Positions 49,506 through 61,734 of a stretch of 64,000 bases of DNA are shown piece after piece (the stretch's first letter is position 1; each line of letters begins with the position of its first letter). A program made the translations under genes and the position numbers. The stretch spans positions 3,720,001-3,784,000 of the forward strand of contig JAWMAR010000206.1 of NCBI GenBank assembly GCA_036785375.1, in the 5' to 3' direction. This DNA is from Leucoraja ocellata. Its lineage: Eukaryota. Under the pieces are notes generated by a model. That model searched no databases. It was given only the letters and a program-made list of their open reading frames with translations, and was not told the DNA's origin.

Positions 49506-51199
49506 TCAAGACACAAGAAGATTTAAAAAAAAGCAATTTCATTTTCTCAACACTGCAATATTCAATGCACTATTGACATATTTGTACATCTCTCCATGTA
49601 TCTTTTTAGAATTGTGCCCTCTGGTTTGTATTGCCTCTTTTCATGCTCCTTATCAACATATCGCATTTAGTAGTTCTCAACGTTATCGTATGACATTTCT
49701 CGTGACATACAGGGAAGCTATGTGGTCCATTGAGTCTATGCTGGGTCTCACATTGTTATGTCTGTCTCAACTTGCCTTGCAACTTTGCTCTTTAATTATA
49801 CTTTCAGTAATCCACAGTTTGTATAGCGTAACCTGCTGTTTCTTGATTATAAACCAGATAGATTCTGTCTTTAATTATTTCAATATATACGTTTTCCTCA
49901 ACACTACAATATTCTCTTTGATCAATGCTTTCATGGGCCTTTCTATCTTCCTTTGGCTATTTATTTATTTGTATTTTGCCGTTATAACTTATTCTGTTGT
50001 CCTCTCCTCCTTTTGCCCTTTTTATAAATTCATAGGTTCAATAGTCATAGGAGCAGAACTAGGCCATTAAGCCTATTAAGTCTACTTCACCATTCAATCA
50101 TCTTTCTCTCTCAACCCCATTCTCAAGTCTCTCCACAATCCTTGACACCCTTACTTTTCCTCATCTTTCTTTCTTTCCTGAAATATGATCAAAGTTGAAA
50201 CTGAGTAGGCCGATACATTTGCCAGTGCTTGCTGCAGGCAATGATGTTTGCTTGTGAATTGAAAACTCTTGAATCGAGGCACCACAAAGGAACAATTAAG
50301 AGGGAGGGAGATTTGGAAATGATCGGGATGATAGTGTTGGTCTTGTTGGTGGACATCATGGATTGGCAGCGGTTGCCAATATAGTCAGGGCGAGATGTTG
50401 GAATGGATTCTAAAACTCTTTTTAATGTAGTATAATGTAACTTCAGGCAGTAGCAGATGTACTGATTAAGTGAACTGTTGTATCGCAGGAAATGAGCTTC
50501 TTGCAACAATCCAGGTGAGAAGACAGCATTTTAGTGCATTAGATATTATTTTCCAAAATTACTTTGTGTTAGATTTTTCATTCCAACAAAACCTTCAAAA
50601 ATTCTGGAAGTACTCAGCATGTAAGGCTCTATCTGTGGAAAGAGAAATGGAGCTAATGTTTCAAATTAGAACTAAAAAGGAGGGTGGGGGGTGGGGGATG
50701 GGGGATGGGGGAGGGGTGTATTGTCTCCATTAGGATAAGACCAGGTGTTAAAAAATCATCAATGAGTAAATAGGAACAATTAGAAATGAGAAAAACTAAA
50801 GAACCTTTGAAAAAATGAAAGTGGGCAAAAAACAAAGTGCTGGAAGAACTGAGAGAGTGAGACGGCATCTGTGGCAGGAAATGGACAGATGACATTTTGT
50901 GTTGAGACTCTCCTTCAAACAGAATAAGGAAGTTGTGAAATGCAGAGTACGAGGACAGTTTTCTGTGTTTGTTTTAGATTTGCAGCATCTGTTTTGGTAT
51001 ATTCATTGTTTTCACACATGATCTGAAGAAGGTGAATTATAACAGAGCATAAGTGAAAAAAAGCAAGAATAACAAAGCATTGCAGGACTTGTATCAGTCA
51101 GTCTGCTATATAGAAATGCATCATTCATTTGACTCTGAGCTCTTCCAAAACAGTTATTATGACCTCTCTGTAAAGTTGAAATCATCCATTGTACATTGT

Positions 51200-52060
51200 A
51201 CGGTGGGCGGCGTGATTTTCGTCAGCAGCGGCCTCTGCAGTCTGTCTGTATTTTTATTATTTTTGTCTCGTTTCCATGTAGTTGTTTTTTTTTTTTTGTC
51301 GGGGTATGTGTGTGGGGGGTGTGGGTGGGGGGGGGGGGGGGTAACTTTAAAATCTTTCCCCTGCACGGGAGACCCGACCTTTTCTTATCGGGTCTCCGTT
51401 GTCGTTGGGGCTGCAACGTGGAGCGGCCTCCAACAGGAACGACCTGGGGCTCCAGTTGCGGAGCTGCGGTCCTACTCACCGTCGCTGAGCTGGCCGAGTC
51501 CGGAGCGGGTGAAGCTGTGGTGGAGCGCTGCTGCGACCCGACCCCCGGAGATTCGGAAGCTACAACCGCGGGTCTGGCGGACGGCAACACCGGAAGCCCG
51601 CGGGTCCCTGGTGGGAGACCGCTTTTCAGGGTTTCCGCAGCGGCGACTTCTCCCGCCCGAGTTGCGGGGTTGAAGAGCACCTGGAGGAGGTATTTACCAT
51701 CGCCCCGCGCGGCTTGGAATGGCCGCGGGACTTTGCGAGCGCCCGCCGGGGCTCTCACACCAAGACCCGGTGCGCGACCTTGCATCACCCGGCGTGGCTT
51801 TAATGACCGCGGGACAATCACCATCACCCGCCGGGGGCTTTGACTTTGACTTTGACATGGGGGGGGGGGGGGGGGGAGTGCAGTGGAGAGATACGTTTTT
51901 TTTTGCCTTCCATCACAGCGATGTGATGGATGTATGTGTAAATTGTGTTGTGTCTCGGGTCTTTTTCGTTTTGTAATGTATGGCTGCAGAAACAACATTT
52001 CGTTTGGACCTCAACGGGGTCCAAATGACAAATAAATTGTATTGTATTGTATTGTATTGT
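51200..52060 (+). mobile_element. CpG-rich non-autonomous retroelement with a 3' stem-loop and (TTGTA)n tail
   Basis: GC-rich body; TTTCGTTTGGACCTCAACGGGGTCCAAATGACAAATAAA followed by (TTGTA)4. Confidence 0.7.
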
Positions 52061-52909
52061 TCTAAAATGCCACATTAAAAGTTATTAATGCAATTTGCTC
52101 ACTTCTTTCTCTGGAATGCTGCATGGTTCGGCATGGTTGAGAAAGATCCTTTTGTTTGTTGAATATCAGCAGATCAGAATACAATTTCACATCAGACTTT
52201 GACTAATGTCTGACTTCAGGATCTGGACACTCTTTGACAACCTGCTTGTTAGTCTTCGTCTTCCGAACCGTGCATATTCCATTCTGCTGCTGACCTGGCA
52301 CTGGATACTCAACCCCATGCCGATTACAATGAGTTTTGGGTGAGGTAAAACGTTTTGCATAGTATTTCTATAATGGAAGCTTAATATTGTACTTTATATG
52401 TGGGCAGAAGCCCTTACTTCCCAAACAGTTCTAAGTTTCCTGCATTTATGAGAGAGTCGAAAATTAACTCTGAGGATTCCCATTGTCGTTGCCTGTGTGG
52501 GGCCTTTATAATGGAAAGGTGATGCTTGACAATGTAAATCTTAAGTTTCCATTGTATAAATACTCTGCTAAACAGGGCTGAAGGAGTCCTGCTCATAAAC
52601 AGCTGCCCATACCATGTCCTGCTTAGCTTGAAGCCAAATCTTGCAATGATATCGAATGTTTCTGAAAAGTATTGATATCCACAAGCACACAAAAGCACCT
52701 TTGTGAATGATGAAAAATTATTAAACGTCAATAAACTAACAATTAAAAATGTATACTTTAATTGCGTGACACATCAGAAACCTGGGACATTAAATACATT
52801 TATGGTAAGACCCAAACACTTATTTCAATAACCAAACACTTATTTTCCTTGCAGCCATTGCTGTGTATTTTGCTGGAGTGCAACTTAGATGCATCCTGTT
52901 AAGCATCCG

Positions 52910-53112
52910 AGACAGACACAAAAAGCTGGAGTAATTTAGTAGGTCAGGCAGCATCCCTAGAGAAGAGGAATAGGTGATGTTTCAGTTTAAGAGCTCGACT
53001 CAAAATCTCACCTATTCCTTTTCTCCAGAGATGCTGCCTGACCCATTGAGTTACTCCAGCTTTTTGTATCTCTCTTTGGTGTAAACCAGCATCTGCAGTT
53101 ACTTCCTACACA
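52910..53112. mobile_element. PLE terminal fold-back
   Basis: Arms of ~75 bp at 52910-52985 and 53000-53075 are inverted copies. Confidence 0.85.
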
Positions 53113-53224
53113 GTTAGGCATTCTATTTAGCTTAGCTCAAGCAAAGTTGGTGTCTTCCCCAGTCAGGGCACAAGCTGGCAAGGAAGGGACAGCAAGTTCA
53201 GAACCGCATAAACACTTGGGCATC

Positions 53225-53308
53225 TCCATATGTATTCTTCCTGCAAAATCCAGCTGCCTACTATAGTCCATATGTATTCTTCCTGCAAAATCCAGCTGCC
53301 TACTATAG
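53225..53308 (+). repeat. Perfect 42-bp tandem duplication
   Basis: TCCATATGTATTCTTCCTGCAAAATCCAGCTGCCTACTATAG twice. Confidence 0.97.
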
Positions 53309-54495
53309 TAACAGTCACCTTGTGCTACTTTGAGGCAAGATAAGTTGTAATATATTAAAATAATTATAGCACATGGATCACTTTATCCATCACAACTCTG
53401 GCAGCTGACAGTATCAGAGTAGTCCGAACAGTTTGGCCGAGCATTACTGCTGAAATTAAATACAGTATATAAGCTGTGGTTAACTAGTAGTATATGAAAG
53501 AATCATGAAAATTCATTTGACCCGAAGGCTTGCATTAGGGGGAAATATATTCTGCATGTCGATGTTCCATTTTGATAGCATGAGCAATAATTATTAGTGT
53601 TACTATGGAAACATATGCATGGATGTTATTTTTTTATATAACAAGAGGTGAAAACACAATTTCAGAATATGTTGTCTATCCAAATTATCAGCTAATCATA
53701 TTAGAGGTAAAAATGCACTATATCATCACTTATACATACGAGCCAAATTCTAAATTATGACCTATTCAAAGCTGGAAAGAAACATTGCCTCCTTAATACT
53801 TTTTAATATGTTTCATTAAAAAAAATGTAAATCTCACTTAATCTTGTGTAGTACCTGTCCAAGTTTTGCAGAAAAATTACTTCCATTGGGTCACAATTAG
53901 TTTATTTGTGGCCTTGTCATTTATTTTTTACATTGGAGATATTTATTGCCTCATAAGCTTCCAAGTACCACCATTAATGTGGCAGCCTCTCGGTCTGGTT
54001 CAGAAATGTGACCTATTCGGATGTCCGCTGCTTTTGGACGCATAAATACAGCCCTGTATGTTTAAATAATCTCTGTGACTTGTTGATCAATTTCAAAGCA
54101 CCATTTTCACAGATGGAATCCTTGTTTTATGTCCAAGTGGGTGTTTTTAAGCAGGGAGAAAGGAAATTTAATGCTGTCATTTTTTTCCTTCTGTGGCACC
54201 AGTAGAATTATATTTCCATATGGATATGAGTTCTGGGATCACTTTGCGAAATTTCATATATTTGCCAATACGAACCCTACAAATACTCTCTCTTCACTAC
54301 AATGATATATTATACTTTGAAAAGAGCCAGTCACTTTGAATATGAAGTTAATGGCTGTTAACACCCCAAATCATTTATTTGCTAATACATAGGAACAGGA
54401 AAATGTTATTAGACATATTTTGTGTTTGTTGCACAGTTCCGTGTGTTCAACATTGATCAGTACCTTGGGTTTATTACCTTCACTTGATCCATTAA

Positions 54496-54628
54496 CCTGA
54501 AGGATAAGGTGCCGACCAAAAACCGTCACCTGTCCATGTCCTCCAGAGATGCCATCTAACCCGCTGAGTTACTCCAGCACTTTTTGTGCAATGCAAGATT
54601 CCAACATCTTCAATAAATTTGTGTCTAC
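54496..54628 (+). mobile_element. PLE terminal fragment
   Basis: CTGAAGGA...CGTCACC...CCGCTGAGTTACTCCAGCA. Confidence 0.72.
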
Positions 54629-54999
54629 AATAGCCTTAAATGTTGCTGGACAGAAAGCTATCACCCATTCTTGCAAGCTTTAAATAATTTAGCACCCACA
54701 AGAATTGAGAGGACCGTTCTTCATTTCCTTTATCCCTTTGACGAAGGTAAATCCTTCATCATTTCACAACTAATGGCTTAGTTGAAACTTTGTGACTTCA
54801 TGTTTTACATTGCCCAGTATATAAAATGTTATTTACTTGAAATAGAAACGTTGTTCAATATAATGGTGGACTTGAAGTTATTTATGCAAATTAAGTGCAC
54901 CACCAAGTCATTCTTTAGCTTATAATAAGTTTTACTATCCATATACATTTTATGGTGGGCTCTTGTCAATCTCTAATTTGTAGTTTTATTGGTAGAGTT

Positions 55000-56200
55000 A
55001 TCGAGCCCTTTGACCCAACTTGTCCATGATGACTGTGATGCCTATCAATGCTGATCTCATTTGCCTGAGTAATATTTGTATCTTTCCACTCTATTCCTAT
55101 CAAGTACCTATCCACATGCCTTTGCACGTTACGGTTGTATCTGCCTCTGCCACTGCCTCTGGCAATTCATTCCACGTATCTAGAAACATAAAAACATAGA
55201 AAAATAGGTGCAGGAAAAGGCCATTCGGCCCTTCGAGCCAGCACCACCATTCAATATGATCATGGCTGATCATCTAAAATCAGTCCCCCATTCCTACTTT
55301 GTCCCCATATCCCGTGATTCCTTTCGCCCTAAGAGCTAAATCGAACTCCTTCTTGAAAACATCTTGGGTGGAAAAACTTGTAAATTTCTCCCCCTCTTAC
55401 TGTAAACCCTCTATTATACTCTATTTACCCTATCTATGCCCCTCATCATTTTAGAAAAGTCTGAGGCTGCTCCTCAGCCTCCTACATTCCAATAAGAAAA
55501 AAACCCCAGCCTATCCAATTTCTCCCGACAACTACAGCCTTCCATTCCAGGCAAATATCCTGATGAATCTCTTCTATAGTCTTTCCAATCTACGTAATGT
55601 TTTGTGTAGTGTGGCAATCAGAGCTATACACAATCCTCCAAGGCAGTCAGGCCAATGTTTTGTACAACTGCAACACGACATCCTAATTCTTGTAATTCCT
55701 CATCCTACACAAGTAAGCATGGCAATTGTCAAATTGCTTCTTCACTATCCTATCTCCTGTGTAGCCATTTTCAGGGAACTGTGAAATTGCACCCTAAAGT
55801 CCCTCCAAATCAACACTCCTCTGGTCCCTACTATTTATTGTATCTGTCCTGTTAGTATTGATATCCCAATAAGCAATACCTCACATATGTTTGGATTTAA
55901 TTCCATCTGCTATCTTTTTGCACAACTTTCCAACTGATCAATGTTCCTATGTATCCTTTCATGACCTTCTTTGCTATTTTCACCAGCTTTTGTGGTATCA
56001 GCAGACTATCCAAGCAGTCTATGTGTGTGACAGACAACAACAGTCCCAACACCAATTCCAGTGAGTCGCTGCTGTTTACAAACTTCCAATCCAATGGCAG
56101 CCCCCATTCACAATCTTCTGCCTCCAATTGCCAAGCTATTTTTGGATCCAGTTTGCCAATACATCTTGGAACCCATGTACCCAAGATGACTGCTGTGCGG
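55000..56200 (-). mobile_element. Old CR1 ORF2/3' end with a younger CR1 tail nested (55181-55363)
   Basis: Decayed RT-region motifs and a TAGAAACATA..ATAGGTGCAGG tail. Confidence 0.75.
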
Positions 56201-58230
56201 AACTTTGTCAACAGTATGGTAGTGTTGTCAGTCACGTCAGAGTTGATAAATTATAAGTCCTGTTGCCTTTGCTCGTTTCACATCAATCATCTGACAAAAT
56301 GAATTTCCTGAATTCATTGGATGTTGTTTATCATGAATTGGCAGGTTATGATTAAGTTTGGGCTATGGTTCCATTGTTGCTTATTCTTTTGTTCTTTTTT
56401 TTCTTCACTGTGACATATCTTATTTTGTATTTGGTTTATGATGCATTGAGATATATGATGTTTGCAGATGTATTCATTGAAAATGTATATAGTCCTGTTA
56501 CATTTGATGGCACAGGGCTCAAACAAAAACAGAAAATGACATGGACCTGAATGACAATTTAAATATTCTGTCAAGCATCAATTAATTTAAAAGTTCTGAA
56601 TAACATTTCGTGGCACAGCATTGTATAGTGCAACACAGAAAATAAATGTTCTGCATCAATGGTGTGGCTTTGGGAAGAACGCGATTTGCATCACAAATCA
56701 TTTTCCAGGAAAGCATAGTATGATAGGGGTGGCTTAGTGACTTAATCTGGACCAATTTGCATTGCTGGGTCCAAAATAATATCTGAGTTTTTATTGTTAA
56801 ATATTTAAATATATTGCATCTCTACCTGACTTCAAAGCTGATGTTTTTTTCAAAATCAGGACCTAACCTCCTAAACTTGAATGGAGTGTCAATTAACCTT
56901 AAACAACTCAATAGGCAAGACTTGCTGGGAACAATCTACTTGCCCTTAAATCACTAATATTTGAAATCTCATCTTATCACTGTTCCCTACACTATTACAC
57001 TGGGTTTATAATATCTTTATCCTTGTTTATAGTTTGTTTGATATTTTATCTTCCCCGTTACATGTATTACCCAGTGCCTGCTTTATTCTTGACAAAATTC
57101 TTATAAAATTAAACATAATTGAAGCTTAACATGATTTGGAAATTCTAATTAATGACTGAGTTAATTGAGATACCCGTTGTTGCTGGGTATCTGGGTTGTT
57201 GCCAGCTCCTTATATAATAAAAACTTAGTGGCAATATTTCTGAATTGTATTTTTGGTAAATCAAATATTTATAAATGCTTTGGTTAATATTTATCTCACT
57301 TGAAAGAACTCTCCTTGTCCTAAGTACAGGGTGTGTAAGAAGCAAATTTATTACACTACCTTCTCATGCACTTTGGCTGTAGTTTCAAACAGGAATTTGA
57401 GAAATACATTTTGTAGATATTGATGCAGCAATATGAAATATTTGATCTGTCAAAAGTGTTTTGTGAGTACACTTAACTCACAGAAACCTTGGATGATATT
57501 TTGAATGGAGTTTGTTGGAGATAGTTTTTGACATTTTTTTGAAGCAAAAGTGGCTCACCACTGGAATATTCTTAAAGGAAAGTGAAAAGTATCCTTTTGT
57601 ATCCAAGCCTTTTTATGATCATGCAGCATCAGCAAATATTTCAACGAAGTACGACCTGGAAAAAACAAATTTAGTCCGTGAATCCTTTCGCTGATCAGGG
57701 GCATCATTTGTGGTCTTCAAAATTAATTTTGGAGGAAAATGGCAGAAGGTGCCACAAAAGTTATAGATAGACATGTCAGGCAATACAAAGGATGCCTGAT
57801 GTTCACCGGAGATTCGTGAATTAAGTATGATTATTTGTTTAGTTTAGTTTATTTTCACGTCTTACGAGGTTCAATCTCACGTGGCACAGTGAAAAACATT
57901 TTTGCTACAGTTGGCATTGTTAAGTATAGGAAAGAGTCTCACTGGAAAATTTCATCTAAATTCATCTTGATTTAATTAATAATTTGGTGTTTATATGCAC
58001 AATTTTGTGGAGATAGACAAACTTGATATGTTATATAGGTAGTAGATTGAGAAATCCTTTATTTTGATGCAGGAGAAAGACCAATAAATGCAGTGATTAC
58101 CAAGTTAGATTTTGTTGAAGGGAGAGGTTCAGGCATTCTATGTGTGTTTACAGACAGTACTTTTGCAGTGATGATCACCCAGACATGTTCTTCCATTGTA
58201 GTTTAAAAGGATTGTTTTAAATAAAGTTTT

Positions 58231-58436
58231 AGACAATAGACAAGAGGTTCCATTCGGCCCTTTAAGTCAGCACCGCCATTCAATGTGATCATGGCTGATC
58301 ATTCCCAATCAGTACCCCGTTCCTGCCTTCACCCCATATCCCCTGACTCCGCTATCTTTAAGAGCCCTATCTTGCTCTCTCTTGAAAGTATCCAGAGAAC
58401 CGGCCTCCACCGCCCTCTGAGGCAGAGAATTCCACG
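58231..58436 (-). mobile_element. CR1 3' end
   Basis: Reverse complement of the 35470-35707 subfamily. Confidence 0.9.
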
Positions 58437-59202
58437 GACTTTAAAGCATTGATATTGAGAGATGCTGTGCAAGGAGCAGGGTCCCATTGATTGTAGCTTA
58501 CTTTTGGGCTGCTAACCCATTCCCTCATTATCCTTCCCAAGCATCTGCTAAGGTAGAAATTAGATTTCTTCCAAATCTAATGGACATCTTGATGATCAGA
58601 CCTGGTAAAGCATGGTAAAGTAAATTAATGTTATATTGTCCGTGTACTTAATTCAGTCAGATTGCGTTGACAACTAAATGTCACGCCTAGTCTCCCATCA
58701 CTCATCACTTAACATGACTTTATTTTTAATGACCAAATATAGAGAGTGTTTGACACTCCCATCCATATGCTGTGGTCTTTGCATGTTGACACACATACCT
58801 TGCCTGTTCAGTCCTCTTTGGTTGATGAAATGGAAAGAATGGTATGTATGCAATAAATAATTAGTAAGTAAGTCATCTATTTAATTTTTGTAGAGCTAGA
58901 ATTCTACTAAGGCTGAACAGATCAATTGAACTATGTGGCCAGTTGTATGGGCAGATGTATGGAATTGCCAAACTTTGCTGAAGTCTTCATTCATAACCTA
59001 AGCAAGCCTGGCTAGTACAGAGATTACTCTTGATTGCTTGAACGTCATGACTCACTCAGAATTGGATGGTGTACCTCTTCGTCTCATTGGTGAAGTGTGT
59101 TATTTTAAGTGCGGCCATTACTGTGTTAGTGAACATCGTAGTCAATTTGTTCATACCAAAGTTACCTATCGAGCAATGTGAAAGATAACAAGATCTGTTT
59201 TC

Positions 59203-59620
59203 AAAAGATAGACACAAAAAGCCGGAGTAACTCAGTGGGACAGACAGCATCTCTAGAGAGAAGGAATGGGTGATGTTTCAGGTCGAGATCCTTCTTCAGA
59301 CTGGTTAGGGATAAGGGAAATGAGAGAGAAAGACGGTGATGTGGAGAGATAAAGAACAATGAATGAAAGATATGTAAAAAATTAACGATGATAAAGGAAA
59401 CAGGCCTTTGTAAGCTGTTTGTCGGGTGAAAATGAGAAGCTAGTGCGACTTGGGTGGGGGAGGGATAGAGAGAGAGGGAATGCTGGGGCTACCTGAAGTG
59501 AGATAAATCAATATTCATACTACTGGGCTGTAAGTTGCCCAAGCGTAATGTGACATGCTGTTCCTCCAATTTGTGTTTAGCTTCACTCTGACAATGGAGG
59601 AGACCAAGGAGAGACAGGAC
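59203..59620 (-). mobile_element. Penelope-like element 3' end
   Basis: Minus 59617-59489 translates to LSLLGLLHCQSEAKHKLEEQHVTLRLGNLQPSSMNIDLSHFR*; hammerhead-like CTGAAGAAGGATCTCGACCTGAAACATC lies ~190 nt downstream in the sense orientation. Confidence 0.92.
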
Positions 59621-61339
59621 TGTGATTTGTTTTCAGATATTGGTTGGTGGACTTGTGTTAAAGTGGAGTAAGTATTGAGAGATTAATGTTTGGATTTGTG
59701 ATTAAACAATATAAATTTAAATTGCCATAAAAGGCCAGTATGAAATGCAAGGTATAGCCCATCAAAAGAGTGAAGCAATAAAGGCATTTATAAAAGTTAA
59801 AATAGAGAGAAAAATGGACATAATGACAAAACTATGCAATCCTGCAGTTAGTTGGTTCTTTGAACATTGCACACAATCTAGAGAAAACCCAGAAGGCTGA
59901 ACGACACTGAAGTAAGATGAGTTAGAAGTATAAACTTTTCAGCTGAAAAAGTTGTCCAAAACATAATATTTTACACAGATTTTGAAAATTATGAAAGTAT
60001 AGACGGTGAAACTTTGAAGGAAAATGGCAATCGTTGTGAATTTTTTAGTATGGTAAAGGGTCATTGTCCTGAAATATGATTCTATTTCTTTCTCTGCAGA
60101 TGCTGCCTGATCTGCTGGTTATTCAAAACACTTCCTACTTTTAAAACAACATTTCTCAGGGAGTAGGAAATGGTGCTGCAGATTCAAAGCTGATAGGTAT
60201 ACTTTTTGCTCGGACAGCAGGAAATTGCAGGCAGTTTGATTAAATGATCTGTGCTTCAACAATTAATGACTGTCAGACACAAGTGAGAATCAACTTGACC
60301 TGAGAGTATTCCTTCCACTTTGTTTTTTTTCTCCCACTTTGTTCCCCCCCCCCCCCCCCCCCCATGCAGAAACCATCACTAAACATGGAAGGGTGAGTAA
60401 TGAGCCAGAATTAGTGAACTAATGAGTAATAATCCAGATTTAGTTGGCATCTAATGGTGCATGAACATTTATCTAACTTAGATTTAACACTAGTGAATTA
60501 CTTGTAATATTTGAAAGAGGGACAGACTGTCAGCCAGATTTAAAGGTAGACACGCCACTTTGCAGACAGATTACTCTGTTTATTTCTTTGGATTATTGGA
60601 AAAAATACACCCAATTTCAGTCTGCTTGAGTAATTCCTTTTTTATTTCCTTCAGTGCACAGCTTTTAAAAGTTCATTCAAAAGTTCTGATAGTTCATCAG
60701 AGCATGCTGGAAGGAGACACTTGATCAATTTTGATCAGAAACTGCTTTATACAATAGAGCTGCCTAACCACATCACTAGCAGTTCTCATTCAGTGACCTT
60801 ATTTTGCCCTGGACCTGGGATGGCATAGGGAATATTTCTGAACTAATATTCTGTACTCATAGCAAAATTAACAATTAAAATTACAAATGACAACATTAGA
60901 AAGAGAAAATCCCAAGGAACAGATTGTTTCCATCCCAGGATGAAAACCTGAAAGAAATAAGTGTATTGCATATGGTTTTTTGATCATAATATCTATATTA
61001 CTAAAAGTCTGTTCTTGACCGGTTTTGGCCATCTGTGCTGCGATTTCCGAGAGAGCGCCGCCACCTACGGCCGTCATATTTGACCACCTTGCTCAGAGCC
61101 CCCCTCCGCCGCATGTGTGCCGGGGAATTTTCCCGTCGATTAAAAATGACAGAGATATTAATGTTTTTTTACAAAATTCCCCATTCACTCTGCTGCCCCC
61201 GCTGGCGGCAGGAGGGACTATAAAACCAGGAAGTGGCATGCCTCACTCACTCTTCAGGATGGAGGAAGGCAGAGGGTCACGTTTCTCTGAGCTGTGTATA
61301 ACACTGAACACATGTCTACTCAAATGTAAGTGCCCTTAG

Positions 61340-61685
61340 TGGTTCTAAAATGCTTGCAGAATGTGTCTATTGGTTCTAAAGCTTACAAAAAAAATGTCTA
61401 TTGGTTCTAAAGCTTGCAAAAAATGTCTATTGGTTCTAAAGCTTGCAAAACGTGTCTCTATTGGTTCTAAAGCTTGCAAAACATGTCCATTGGTTCTAAA
61501 GCTTGCAAAAAAATGTATCTATTGGTTCTAAGTTTGCAAATATATGTCTATAGGTCCTAAAGCTGGCAAAAATATGTCTATAGGTTCTAAAGCTGGCAAA
61601 AATATGTCTATTGGTTCTAAAGCTGGCAAAAATATGTCTATTGGTTCTAAAGCTTGCAAAAAAAATGTCTACTGGTTCTAAAATG
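61340..61685 (+). repeat. ~30-bp minisatellite (TTGGTTCTAAAGCTTGCAAAAAATGTCTA), ~12 copies
   Basis: Tandem units inside the Helitron. Confidence 0.95.
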
Positions 61686-61734
61686 GTTCATACTAGCGCT
61701 CCAGAAAGTTCCCCCCTCCCTCCCCCCTGGTTGG

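Noticed and set aside
49501-50070. 189-aa hydrophobic ORF suggesting a membrane protein
   Set aside because: T-rich composition yields F/L/I by chance; it starts in a CR1 tail and shows no family motif.
51053-51998. Overlapping 200-260 aa ORFs on both strands
   Set aside because: Stop-poor GC-rich repeat body; R/P/G/A-biased peptides with no domain signature.
59074-59165. Minus-strand exon candidate (GNFGMNKLTTMF...)
   Set aside because: Weak donor and no recognisable homology.
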